Counted from the stretch's first letter, positions 48,882-58,107 are shown. The stretch is DNA of 64,000 nucleotides from an uncultured Gammaproteobacteria bacterium (GCA_964510885.1 CAZEDL010000005.1:16053-80052), one strand, 5' to 3'. Notes: generated by a model from the sequence alone, not told the origin. Numbers and translations: made by a program.

Positions 48882-48920
48882 AAGAGTGGGTCAAGGGTAA
48901 GAAATGCAACCAGACAGTAA

Positions 48921-49214
48921 CTACTTCTGGACAACATCTTTTTTACTGCCCCAGCGCCATGTCGGCTTCTCACCGGTTTTATAACATATAGTAATTAAAG
49001 CACCCGTTGCAACCACATCAACAAGGACAAACAGCGCTATCATTTGAGGTAGATTGGCTGGCGGAGCACCATTAGTTTTAGCGAGCGGCCCGAATACCAA
49101 GACGGCCATCCCAATTACGATAGCCAAATAAACAGCTAAAACCAGCCATCCTTGCCAGGTCGCCGGATACCACCCCCAACCATACTGCTTTGCTTTGAAC
49201 CACATTTTTTGCAT
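48921..49214 (-). CDS. hypothetical small membrane protein (two TM segments)
   Basis: 97 aa ORF. Confidence 0.45.
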   Translation of the reverse strand: MQKMWFKAKQYGWGWYPATWQGWLVLAVYLAIVIGMAVLVFGPLAKTNGAPPANLPQMIALFVLVDVVATGALITICYKTGEKPTWRWGSKKDVVQK

Positions 49215-49251
49215 ATAGGTTTACATTAAAAATATATTTAATATCACTTGG

Positions 49252-50139
49252 CTATACTTTACTCCACCTGGCAAAAATTCCGCAAGGGAGCTGTCGTGTG
49301 GCCGAGCCAGTCTCGGCAATTGTTAATTCGCCGACTTCAATCTCACCACCATACTTTTCGCTGAGAGCCAATAAATTATGGCGATAAGCCAAGGCCGAAT
49401 ATCCCGAAGCGTACCCATTAATCAAAAAGAAGAGCGGCTGATCGGACAATATCTGCCGGCAGGTTTCAAGAAACGGCAAAAAGTGCTCTTCAATTTTCCA
49501 CATCTCACCCTGTGGGCCATGACCAAATGCAGGCGGATCCATCAAGATACCTTCGTAGTGTTTACCACGTTTAACCTCTCGCTTCACAAACGCCGCCGCA
49601 TCATCAAGTATCCAGCGAATCGGCTTGCCATTCAAGCCAGACAACTCAGCATTATCACGCGCCCAGCTAATCGCTACCTTCGACCCGTCGACATGACACA
49701 CCTCTGCCCCGGCCTGTGCACAAGCAAGCGTAGCGCCACCGGTATACCCAAATAAATTCAGTACTCGTATTGGTTGCTCCTTATTCCCTGTTAGTCGCTC
49801 TTTAATCAGAGCTCGCATCCAATCCCAATTAGCTAGATGCTCTGGAAATAATCCGGTATGTTTAAAAGCACTTGGCTTAATATAAAAACGCAAATCACCA
49901 AATGAGATCGGCCAGCGAGTCGGGATTTCTTTTTTAAATTCCCACCCAGCTGCACGGCCGCTCCGAGAAAATTCTGCCACCACTCTCTTCCATTCAGAGG
50001 ACGGGAGCGATTTCGGCCAGAGCGCCTGTGGATCAGGACGCGACAAAATCACCTCACCATAACGTTCTAATTTTTCGCCTTCGCCGCTGTCGAGCAGTTC
50101 GTAATCTTGGCTGGGAGCGGTAGTTTCAATCCGATACAC
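49252..50139 (-). CDS. class I SAM-dependent RNA methyltransferase (RlmI/YccW-like catalytic domain without PUA)
   Basis: ...VLNLFGYTGGATLACAQAGA.VCHVDGSK.AISWARDNAELSGL...ILMDPPAFG... Confidence 0.75.
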   Translation of the reverse strand: MYRIETTAPSQDYELLDSGEGEKLERYGEVILSRPDPQALWPKSLPSSEWKRVVAEFSRSGRAAGWEFKKEIPTRWPISFGDLRFYIKPSAFKHTGLFPEHLANWDWMRALIKERLTGNKEQPIRVLNLFGYTGGATLACAQAGAEVCHVDGSKVAISWARDNAELSGLNGKPIRWILDDAAAFVKREVKRGKHYEGILMDPPAFGHGPQGEMWKIEEHFLPFLETCRQILSDQPLFFLINGYASGYSALAYRHNLLALSEKYGGEIEVGELTIAETGSATRQLPCGIFARWSKV

Positions 50140-50158
50140 AAAACAGTAAAATTAAAAT

Positions 50159-50899
50159 TTACAAATTTTTACCAGCTTCCCCGATATAGTCTTCTTCGCC
50201 ATCGGCTAGCCGACGAATCCCCTCGCCGCTAGTCATCTCTTCATAGACATGTGCCACGAGCCCTGGCACACGCCCGATAATAAAAAAACCTTGTGCGAGC
50301 CGCCAATCAAATCCTAGATCAGAAATAATCGCAGCGGCAGCCCCATCGATATTCATTGGCAAGGGCTTGCTCGAAATCTGATTTAGCACGACCCCCACTT
50401 CTTCAGCAAAGGCTGAGTACTTACCGTATAATCCTAATTCTTTTGCCAGAGCAAACAAAACATCCACGCGCGTATCATGCTTCAAAAACCGATGTCCAAA
50501 CCCCATCACCCGCTCTTTTTTAGTTTTCATCTCGCCTAATATCTTTTTAAGATCCGTCGTGCCGGCCTGTTCTTGAAAAAAACGCGCCGCTCCTTCGATT
50601 GCATTCCCATGATGCTTTCCAAGCGTCAAAATTCCCGCCGCAAGCGAAGTATGCAAACTATTTCCGGTTGAAGCCGACAGACGGGCTGCCATAGCTGATG
50701 CCACGCCAACACCATGGTCAATTTCCGCAGTAAACAAGGCGTTCAGTAACCGAGCTTCCTGACTGGTCGGCAAGACTCCTTTCAAAATCAAAAAAATACT
50801 ATCTACAAAATTTTTATGTTTTACGAGTTCGCTAAGGGCATACCCACGAATATATTCCTGATCATCTTGAATGCGGGTAATAGCTGTTTTCCATTGCAT
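50159..50899 (-). CDS. citrate-synthase-fold protein resembling citryl-CoA lyase (Ccl) / the C-terminal domain of ATP-citrate lyase AclA
   Basis: ...VMGFGHRFLKHDTRVDVL... (compare the CS/ACL motif GxGHRVxKxxDPR) and ...IGRVPGLVAHVYEE... Confidence 0.7.
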   Translation of the reverse strand: MQWKTAITRIQDDQEYIRGYALSELVKHKNFVDSIFLILKGVLPTSQEARLLNALFTAEIDHGVGVASAMAARLSASTGNSLHTSLAAGILTLGKHHGNAIEGAARFFQEQAGTTDLKKILGEMKTKKERVMGFGHRFLKHDTRVDVLFALAKELGLYGKYSAFAEEVGVVLNQISSKPLPMNIDGAAAAIISDLGFDWRLAQGFFIIGRVPGLVAHVYEEMTSGEGIRRLADGEEDYIGEAGKNL

Positions 50900-51007
50900 A
50901 ATAAAAAGCTAAGAACAGATTAAATATAGCTTATTTAAGCCGAAAAGTAAAGCTCGTACCCACATCCATTTGACGCCAAATAATTAGCGTGGTAGGGTGT
51001 TTATACA

Positions 51008-51160
51008 ATCTAATAATCAAGAAGAGACGAGGGACTTGGCCCGCTGACTCTCTACCAACCTGTAAAAACAAGGTGGTAATTCCAACCCCCACAGGGAAAG
51101 ATACGATTTAGCAAAGTCGCTAAATAAATTTTAATCTTACCGTTGTGGTGAGATTTTTTG
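51008..51160 (+). ncRNA. SAM-I (S-box) riboswitch aptamer with an intrinsic terminator
   Basis: AATCAAGAAGAGACGAGGGACTTGGCCCGCTGAC...CCAACC...GGTGGTAATTCC...CAGGGAAAGATACGA aligns block-for-block with the yitJ S-box (ATCAAGAGAGG.GGAGGGACTGGCCCGA.GAA.CCCGGCAACC...GGTGCCAATTCC..GCAG...AAAGATGAG). The terminator is aatcttaccgttgtggtgagattttttg at 51134-51160. Confidence 0.55.
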
Positions 51161-51250
51161 TTCTTTTATCTTTCTAATTACTTTGGGCTTATATTTTTGA
51201 AAAAAATCAGAAATATAGGCCCAATGGACGGGCCTTGAAAGGAGGTGGCC

Positions 51251-51439
51251 ATGGCCACCACGATCGATCCCAATCAGAACTTTTTTGCGAGTCCTTTCCC
51301 TACCGCGGACGGGGACGGATCCCTGGAACGCAAAGCGGCAGCCAACCGCCGCTGGCAGTCCACGTCCGCGCCCAACGGGCGCCCCCTCAATGAGGAGGAG
51401 TGGCGGCAACGCCAACCTCCATCCGCGAGCCAGGTATAA
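51251..51439 (+). CDS. small disordered protein (about 62 aa), GC-rich cassette
   Basis: SD aggagg 6 nt upstream of ATG 51251 (the ORF track starts at GTG 51245), followed by a perfect 9 bp GC hairpin. Confidence 0.4.
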   Translation: MATTIDPNQNFFASPFPTADGDGSLERKAAANRRWQSTSAPNGRPLNEEEWRQRQPPSASQV

Positions 51440-51454
51440 GGCTCGAACCCAAAA

Positions 51455-51491
51455 CCGCGGCGCGCAGCAGAAGTATTGCTGAGCGCCGCGG
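51455..51491. terminator. GC-rich perfect hairpin ccgcggcgc...gcgccgcgg
   Basis: Seen directly. Confidence 0.5.
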
Positions 51492-51530
51492 TCAAAATTT
51501 CTTTTTAAAATAAGCTAATTTCAAAAAATT

Positions 51531-52454
51531 TTATCTATAAACTTTAACCAACTCTGCCAATTCCTCATAATTCTCCGCCACCATCACCCCTACTTCCGCG
51601 AGCGCTTTCTCCTTCTCGGCCGCACTCTGCCCCCGCCCGACAATCGCCCCAGCATGCCCGATATTCATCCCTTCCGGGAGCACGCCGGCAAATTTACCAC
51701 CAATATAAATCGCGAGTGGCTTCGTAAATTCTTTATTTTTAATCAAGTCCACAATTTCAAATTCATAACTCCCGCCATGCTCACCAAAAATCACTACCGC
51801 TTTGGTCTGTTCATCGCGCTCAAACATCTTGAGTAAATCAGCATACGTCGTACCCATCAGTAAATCGCCGCCCACATGTACCGCCGCACTCTGCCCCAGG
51901 CCCGCTTTACGAATCTGCCACGACACTTCATTGGTCATACCGCCTGAGCGGGAAATAATGCCAATGCTGCCGGGCTGAAAAATTTCATTAACTAACGGCC
52001 CACCGACCACTCCGACTCGGCCAACTCCGGGTACAATAAACCCCAAACTACTTGGACCGATAATCCGAATATTTTTTTCTTTCGCCGCTGCCAAACAATA
52101 GGCTGTATCTTTGATCGGAATCCGCTCCACAATGGTATTAATCAGCGGAATATTATTATCAATCGCTTCCAAAATTGCCGCTTTAGCCGCAAACGGCGGA
52201 ACGTAAATAACACTAATCAAGTTATCAATTGCCCCTTGTTCCACGCTCCTTGTTCCTTTATATAAAAATTCAACTGCTTCTTGCACACTATTAAACACCG
52301 GTTTTCCCTCCACTTCCTGCCCACCTTTTTTCGGCGTCACGCCACACACCACCTGCGTATGATAATCAAGCATCGCCTTGGCCGCTTTTGCGCCTTCTTT
52401 ACCCGTGATGCCTTGCACCAAAACTTTCGTATTAGTATCAAGTAAAATTCCCAT
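51531..52454 (-). CDS. succinyl-CoA synthetase alpha-like CoA-binding subunit (SucD / CcsB / AclA-N-like)
   Basis: ...TKVLVQGITGKEG...IGPSSLGFI...SRSGGMTNE...MNIGHAGAIVG (the phospho-His loop). Confidence 0.85.
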   Translation of the reverse strand: MGILLDTNTKVLVQGITGKEGAKAAKAMLDYHTQVVCGVTPKKGGQEVEGKPVFNSVQEAVEFLYKGTRSVEQGAIDNLISVIYVPPFAAKAAILEAIDNNIPLINTIVERIPIKDTAYCLAAAKEKNIRIIGPSSLGFIVPGVGRVGVVGGPLVNEIFQPGSIGIISRSGGMTNEVSWQIRKAGLGQSAAVHVGGDLLMGTTYADLLKMFERDEQTKAVVIFGEHGGSYEFEIVDLIKNKEFTKPLAIYIGGKFAGVLPEGMNIGHAGAIVGRGQSAAEKEKALAEVGVMVAENYEELAELVKVYR

Positions 52455-52519
52455 ACAACGAATTAGATATTATTTTCTCCGCTTAAACTGACCGACTCTT
52501 TAAATTCAGACAACAATTA

Positions 52520-52758
52520 ACCTGATTTTTCCTGACTTAATTCAGCCAAACGAGCTTTGAGTGCTTGCAGCTCTTTAGCTCCTTCATGTTGGAAATGAGT
52601 ATCGTCTTGTAAATCAGGACTCGATAATTTTTTTTCCAAATCGGCTATTTCAGCTTGTGCGCTTGCGATTTGCATTTACGTATTTCTTCTGTCCGAAGGG
52701 CTTCATCAGCCGGAGATAATCGTAAAGGCGCAGTTTCTGGTCGAATATAGTGTGGCAT
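52520..52758 (-). pseudogene. frameshifted coiled-coil ORF pair (37 aa plus 51 aa), possible remnant of an ABC-F/Uup-type C-terminal tail
   Basis: MPHYIRPETAPLRLSPADEALRTEEIRK... is followed in the +1 frame by MQIASAQAEIADLEKKLSSPDLQDDTHFQHEGAKELQALKARLAELSQEKSG, which resembles the LE-x-x-I-x-x-LE...ADP-x-LY...L-x-x-L-x-x-L-x-x-ELE pattern of ABC-F tails. Confidence 0.3.
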
Positions 52759-52760
52759 AA

Positions 52761-53984
52761 TTAAGGTATAATCAAGTTAGCAAGTACTTTGGCAGTTTCG
52801 CTCATACTCGTTTCTTTGCCAAAGAGTTTCATGTTCAGATTATTACGCTTGGCGCATTCGGTCATGAGCTCCATCCCCTCTTTTTCAAATGGACCGGCTC
52901 GACGTACCACGATCGGATAGGTGGGCTTAAGCTCGTCGAGCGCATCAACGATGCCTTGAAAAGTGTCGGCAACATTCGTAAAATTTGCCACTCCTCCGGC
53001 AATCCATAACCCTTTAAGCCCGGGTTTAGATAACACTATTTTTGCCAACTGAGAAATTTTTTCCCGGGGTGGATTACCCGAATATTCCGTATAATTAGCT
53101 GGACTACACCCCGCCTGAATGAGCGCATCCATATTGGCAATGCTGGCTCCCCCACCCGAAAAAAGAATCGCTACATCCCCTTCCATTTCAATATATTTTC
53201 CAGCGGTGCCGCGGTAGTAGGCTTCACCTTCATCAATTTTCTTCACTGCGATTTCTCGCTCAGTCGGCTGTCTCCCCATCATCGTGCGCGGTTCGAGCTG
53301 TGCCCACTCTTCATGCCTGAAAAACGCATCCTCATCAATGGCAATTTTAGCATCTGCCGCCACCCATTCTCCAGCACTGGTTTTAACCAGCGGATTTATC
53401 TCCACGACGCGAGTATCTTCTGCTAAAAAACAATCCCAAAGACTTTGCAATAATTCAGGAGCTGGACCACCTGTAATTGCAAACGTTGGTTTTTCTGTAC
53501 GAATATCAAGCCATTGTTTTTGAATATCGTCACCAGATACATCTTCAATATCCATGCCGCCCTCTCGACTATAAATTAACAATGGCTGCTTCCGATTCGT
53601 ATCATACGTTATCGACACATAGTGCTCCTCTGCAATCGCTAATTTTTCTTCAATCAAAACTGCTGCCACATATTGACCGCGAATCTGTGCCTCAAATAAG
53701 CGCTGGCAGGCCGCGACAACTTCTTCTACCGTGGCACAAAAGAAAATGCCATTATTTTTGCCACGCTTTCCCGACAACACCTGAGCCTTGACCACCACGT
53801 CCTTAATTGCTAATTCTTGATACTTAGTTCTAACATCGTCACCACGCCGCACTACCACGCCTTGTGGCAAACGAATACCATGTTTAGCAAATAAGCGCTT
53901 ACCTTCAAATTCGTAGAGATTCATATAACACTGATTACGCGGATAAAAATTGGATGACACGGATTGTGAATTACAGTACATCAC
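52761..53984 (-). CDS. ATP-grasp subunit of ATP-citrate lyase / citryl-CoA synthetase type (AclB/CcsA-like)
   Basis: MNLYEFEGKRLFAKHGI... shows the SucC-type N-terminus. ...ILFSGGGASIANMDAL...NYTEYSGNP...IAGGVANFTNVADTFQGIVDAL...VVRRAGPFEKEG matches ACL-specific blocks (GGGASVVY...NYGEYSGAP...GGSIANFTNVAATFKGIV...VRRGGPNYQEG). Confidence 0.75.
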   Translation of the reverse strand: MMYCNSQSVSSNFYPRNQCYMNLYEFEGKRLFAKHGIRLPQGVVVRRGDDVRTKYQELAIKDVVVKAQVLSGKRGKNNGIFFCATVEEVVAACQRLFEAQIRGQYVAAVLIEEKLAIAEEHYVSITYDTNRKQPLLIYSREGGMDIEDVSGDDIQKQWLDIRTEKPTFAITGGPAPELLQSLWDCFLAEDTRVVEINPLVKTSAGEWVAADAKIAIDEDAFFRHEEWAQLEPRTMMGRQPTEREIAVKKIDEGEAYYRGTAGKYIEMEGDVAILFSGGGASIANMDALIQAGCSPANYTEYSGNPPREKISQLAKIVLSKPGLKGLWIAGGVANFTNVADTFQGIVDALDELKPTYPIVVRRAGPFEKEGMELMTECAKRNNLNMKLFGKETSMSETAKVLANLIIP

Positions 53985-54026
53985 TGTATCTGTGTAATCA
54001 CCACTAAAAATCCGTGAAATCCGTGT

Positions 54027-54362
54027 TTATTTCAAATCCATTCGGAACTCACTCCCCCATTCTTCAAAACCTAATTTTTTATACCACTCATGAAGTTGAT
54101 CCCGGCCACCGCGACTCGTACAAATTAATTTATAACACTGTTGTTGCTTTGCTTCGGCAATCGCCATTTCAATCAATTGCTTTCCCAATCCTTGGCTGCG
54201 AGACGCTTCGCTCACAAATAAATCCTCTACCAGGCCAAACGGTTCAGTATGCAAGTCGTTATATAGTACGTAAAGATATACCCGCCCCACTTCTTGACCT
54301 GCCTCTTCCACCGTTATCTTCACGGCATAGGCCCGGCGCTCAATAGTTTTATTTTTCTCCAT
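54027..54362 (-). CDS. GNAT-family N-acetyltransferase
   Basis: ...RSQGLGKQLIEMAIAEAKQQQCYKL... (the acetyl-CoA-binding Q/RxxGxG motif). Confidence 0.8.
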   Translation of the reverse strand: MEKNKTIERRAYAVKITVEEAGQEVGRVYLYVLYNDLHTEPFGLVEDLFVSEASRSQGLGKQLIEMAIAEAKQQQCYKLICTSRGGRDQLHEWYKKLGFEEWGSEFRMDLK

Positions 54363-54371
54363 ATCAGCTCG

Positions 54372-55328
54372 CTAAAAATGTAACAATGCAGCCATGATAG
54401 GCGACAATTTTTCGGCACTATGCCCACCTGAGTCGGCTTCAAAATCATAGCCAGATACCTGGCGATCGCCTAATTTATCCAGGTCATTATCCATGATCCC
54501 CCAGCATTCAGCAGTATATTTTTGTCTCTGCAGGGGCGTAAGATCAGCCGAATTATACACTATCAAATCTACCGGCCGCGGCAAATAGGCTTCGAGTACC
54601 TTCACCGTTTCACTCAAGGTTTCGGGCCCTGTCTCTGCATCAGCGCGAAACCCGCGCGCCGAAATATAGTATAGGCGAGCTTTGCTCTTCCCAATCGCTT
54701 CGGTGATTCCGGTCGGTAACAGCGCCGCAATAAGGCTACCATATAAGCTTCCGGGAGCCAGAATAATACCATCTGCCTGTTTGATTGCTCGCACGGCTTC
54801 TGGAGCCGCCGCAACCGCTGGTTCTAACCAGACTTTTTGTATCTTTATCGAACGATCATACTCCGGATGATCAATATTCCCTTCGCCCACGATCTGCTGC
54901 CCATCGTCTAGTTCCGCGACCAGCTCTGCTAGTTCAAGGGTCGCTGGATACACGTGCCCCACGGCCGCCACACTCTGCTCCAGGGCGCGTGTAGCCACCA
55001 AAAAATCCTGCCCGCTATGACTCCCAAGAGCCAAAAATAAATTACCCAAATTATGCCCAGTTAGAGCCGACAAATTATCAAATCGGGTGCGATAAAAAAT
55101 AGTCCGCAGTAATTCTTGATCGTAAGGAGAAAGCGCTAACACCGCCCGGAGCACATCACCCGGCGGCAACACCTTTAAATCTCGACGCAAACGACCCGAC
55201 GATCCGCCCGAATCAGTCATGCAAATAACAGCACTTATTTGAAAATCAGCTGCTAGAGGTTGCAAAGCCTGCAACACGACTGACGAACCATTCCCACCAC
55301 CAATCACGACTATTTTTCTCTTCGCCAT
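54372..55328 (-). CDS. YvcK / CofD-like family protein (UPF0052, gluconeogenesis factor)
   Basis: KIVVIGGGNGSSVVLQAL...ICMTDSGGSSGRLRRDLKVLPPGD... The start was chosen at MAKRK. Confidence 0.8.
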   Translation of the reverse strand: MAKRKIVVIGGGNGSSVVLQALQPLAADFQISAVICMTDSGGSSGRLRRDLKVLPPGDVLRAVLALSPYDQELLRTIFYRTRFDNLSALTGHNLGNLFLALGSHSGQDFLVATRALEQSVAAVGHVYPATLELAELVAELDDGQQIVGEGNIDHPEYDRSIKIQKVWLEPAVAAAPEAVRAIKQADGIILAPGSLYGSLIAALLPTGITEAIGKSKARLYYISARGFRADAETGPETLSETVKVLEAYLPRPVDLIVYNSADLTPLQRQKYTAECWGIMDNDLDKLGDRQVSGYDFEADSGGHSAEKLSPIMAALLHF

Positions 55329-55363
55329 ATTAATTTTACTAACAATGTAACAGTGCAACACTG

Positions 55364-56023
55364 TTACGGTTTTAATTTCAAAAATGTCTTGATGCGTGGA
55401 TCTTCGAGCGACGTCACAATTAAATCCGCCATACTAAAATTATTTTTACTTTTGGGATTAGGTACCGCCACACACGTCATGCCCGCCGCTTTCGCCGCCA
55501 TCACGCCATTTATTGAATCTTCAAACACCACGCAGTCGGCTACCGGCGTGCAGAGCGCGTCAGCCGTGAACCGATAAATCGCCGGGTCTGGCTTGCCGAC
55601 AAAATTGACATGATCGCTCGAAATCAATTGATCAAAATAAGATTTCCACCCTAGGCGTTCAGTAATATGTTCAATCCGGTATAAAAATGAACCAGACGCA
55701 ATCGCTTGTTTGCCATAGCTGCGCCGCGTATCCGCAATTATAGTATTAGCTCCCGGCAACGGCTGGGCCAATTCATAGTAAATCGGATCAGTCGCCAAGC
55801 GAAATTCACGAATCAATTCATCGACGGTCTCGCTCCAACCATTTTGCTCTTTCAGCCACCGCATATTTTCGCGCAAACTCCGCCCGCTTAAATACGTCTT
55901 CAATTCTGGTGTCAACGTTACTCCGCGCGCTGCTAATAATTTCATGCTAAAATCATCCCAATGATCTTCGCTATCAATCAACAGGCCATCCATATCAAAG
56001 ATAACGGCTTTAAAATCTGTCAT
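55364..56023 (-). CDS. HAD-IA hydrolase (beta-phosphoglucomutase/phosphatase-like)
   Basis: MTDFKAVIFDMDGLLIDSE... (the DxD motif). Confidence 0.8.
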   Translation of the reverse strand: MTDFKAVIFDMDGLLIDSEDHWDDFSMKLLAARGVTLTPELKTYLSGRSLRENMRWLKEQNGWSETVDELIREFRLATDPIYYELAQPLPGANTIIADTRRSYGKQAIASGSFLYRIEHITERLGWKSYFDQLISSDHVNFVGKPDPAIYRFTADALCTPVADCVVFEDSINGVMAAKAAGMTCVAVPNPKSKNNFSMADLIVTSLEDPRIKTFLKLKP

Positions 56024-56027
56024 AGCA

Positions 56028-56282
56028 CTAACGATACCGTAACTTATAGATTAAAATAATTCCGGCCAATACCAAGGTGACCACATTTGCCGCAATCACT
56101 GGAATATCTCGGATGAACAATCCATAAGTGAGCCACAAGCTAACACCGAGGCAAAATAACAAAAACATGGCCAGAGAAATATCATGCGTTGATTTTGTTT
56201 TTACTACCTGGATAACCTGCGGCAAAAATGCTAGTGAGGTACAGACAGCTGCCAGAATACCAAGGACTGTGATGCCAGTCAT
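56028..56282 (-). CDS. SemiSWEET / PQ-loop sugar transporter (84 aa, 3 TM segments)
   Basis: ...SLAFLPQVIQVVKTKST... (the PQ motif) and the length is typical of SemiSWEETs. Confidence 0.7.
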   Translation of the reverse strand: MTGITVLGILAAVCTSLAFLPQVIQVVKTKSTHDISLAMFLLFCLGVSLWLTYGLFIRDIPVIAANVVTLVLAGIILIYKLRYR

Positions 56283-56283
56283 A

Positions 56284-58107
56284 TCATTCTACCGTTACTG
56301 ATTTGGCTAAATTCCGTGGCCGATCCACGTCGCGCCCCAGTTCCACCGCCATATAGTAGGCAAACAATTGCAGAGGTAGCGTGTTAATCAGCGGCTCAAG
56401 CAATTCCATAGTAGGCGGTACATAAATTATATCTTCAGATAATTCACGCGCCGCCGCATCTCCTTCTGTAGCCAGCAAAATAATCGGTGATTTACGAACG
56501 CGCGCTTCTTCAATGTTGCTGCGCATCTTATCATACAACTGATTTTTGGTCAGAATTCCAATCACTGGGAAATCCGCCGACAAGAGCGCAATCGGGCCGT
56601 GCTTCATCTCGCCACCCGGATAGCCTTCACTATGAATATAGGTAATCTCTTTTAATTTGAGCGAACCTTCAAGTGCTACCGGAAAATTAATGCCGCGGCC
56701 GAGAAAAAAGAAATCTTTATAGCCGGCATATTTTTTCACAATTCGCTTAATTTCATCTTTTTGTTCTAGCACCTGGCGCATTTTTTCCGGAATCTCTAAG
56801 AGCCCGTTTACCAATCGTTCACCAGTCGCAATGGTAAGCCGCTTCAAGCGACCAAGCTGGATCGCATAGAGGAGCAGCACCGCTACCATGTTAGTGTAGG
56901 CTTTGGTGGAGGCGACTGCCAATTCCGGCCCGGCATGAATATAGGTGCCACCATCAGTTTCGCGCGCGAGCGTAGAACCCACCACATTCACAATGCCGCG
57001 TACCACCGCCCCTTTGCGCTTCGCTTCTTTCACAGCTGCAATCGTATCAGCCGTTTCGCCCGATTGCGAAATCGCAAACACCAGCGTATGTTCATCAATA
57101 ATTGTGTCGCGATAGCGGAATTCACTGGCCACATCCACTTCGGTCGGAATCCCGGCCAGCCGCTCAAACGCATATTTGCCAATCATCGCAGCATACGAAG
57201 CCGTGCCGCACGCAATCAGCACAATGCGATTAATCCCATGCATGTCTTCTTCGCTCATATTGAATCCGCCGAGGTGCGCCGTACCATTTTCCAGATCAAT
57301 GCGGCCACGATACGCATCCTGGATCACAGTCGGCTGGTCAAAAATTTCTTTGAGCATAAAATGACCGAAGCCTTGTTTTTCAGCCTGAGCCTCATCCCAA
57401 TCAATATATTCGGGTGATTTGAATACCCGCTGATTCTGCAGGGTAAAAATCTGCACGTTACTATCAGTAATTTCGGCCAGTTCTCCGTCATCAAGAAATA
57501 TCACTTGCTGCGTATGTGCCAGCATTGGCGAGGTATCCGACGCGACAAAATATTCCCCGTCTCCCACCCCAATCGCCAGTGGACTACCGAGCCGCGCGGC
57601 CACTAATTTTTTGGGCTCTCCCGTATGCATCACCACGAGGCCATAAGTGCCACGCACCTGGGCCAAAGCTTTCTCCACCGCCCGGCGTAGATCACCGTCA
57701 TAATGAGATTCAATCAAGTGGGCTAAAATTTCGGTATCAGTTTCTGACTGCAACGTATGTCCAGTTAAAAATTTCTCTTTGAGTTCCCGATAATTTTCAA
57801 TGATGCCATTATGCACGATAAGGAGATTGCCCGTGCAATCAGTATGCGGATGGGCATTTGGCTCAGTGACGCCACCATGCGTAGCCCAGCGGGTATGGGC
57901 AATTCCCACTTGGCCGGAAATCGTTTGACCTTTTATCTTCTCGGCTAATTTATCAATCTTACCAACCGATCTGAGACGAATCGTATTCCCCTCAGATAAT
58001 ACCACTACCCCGGCGCTGTCATAACCGCGATATTCAAGGCGCCTGAGGCCATTAATTAAAATCGGCAACGCCTCCTTCTTCCCTACATACCCGATAATCC
58101 CGCACAT
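56284..58107 (-). CDS. glmS: glutamine--fructose-6-phosphate aminotransferase
   Basis: MCGIIGYVGKK... (Ntn Cys2) and two SIS domains. Confidence 0.95.
   Translation of the reverse strand: MCGIIGYVGKKEALPILINGLRRLEYRGYDSAGVVVLSEGNTIRLRSVGKIDKLAEKIKGQTISGQVGIAHTRWATHGGVTEPNAHPHTDCTGNLLIVHNGIIENYRELKEKFLTGHTLQSETDTEILAHLIESHYDGDLRRAVEKALAQVRGTYGLVVMHTGEPKKLVAARLGSPLAIGVGDGEYFVASDTSPMLAHTQQVIFLDDGELAEITDSNVQIFTLQNQRVFKSPEYIDWDEAQAEKQGFGHFMLKEIFDQPTVIQDAYRGRIDLENGTAHLGGFNMSEEDMHGINRIVLIACGTASYAAMIGKYAFERLAGIPTEVDVASEFRYRDTIIDEHTLVFAISQSGETADTIAAVKEAKRKGAVVRGIVNVVGSTLARETDGGTYIHAGPELAVASTKAYTNMVAVLLLYAIQLGRLKRLTIATGERLVNGLLEIPEKMRQVLEQKDEIKRIVKKYAGYKDFFFLGRGINFPVALEGSLKLKEITYIHSEGYPGGEMKHGPIALLSADFPVIGILTKNQLYDKMRSNIEEARVRKSPIILLATEGDAAARELSEDIIYVPPTMELLEPLINTLPLQLFAYYMAVELGRDVDRPRNLAKSVTVE

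Noticed and set aside
52455-52760. Interpreting the ccsA-ccsB spacer as a simple intergenic region
   Set aside because: It contains two consecutive ATG-initiated ORFs with coiled-coil character, so it is reported as a possible pseudogene or small ORFs rather than as empty spacer.
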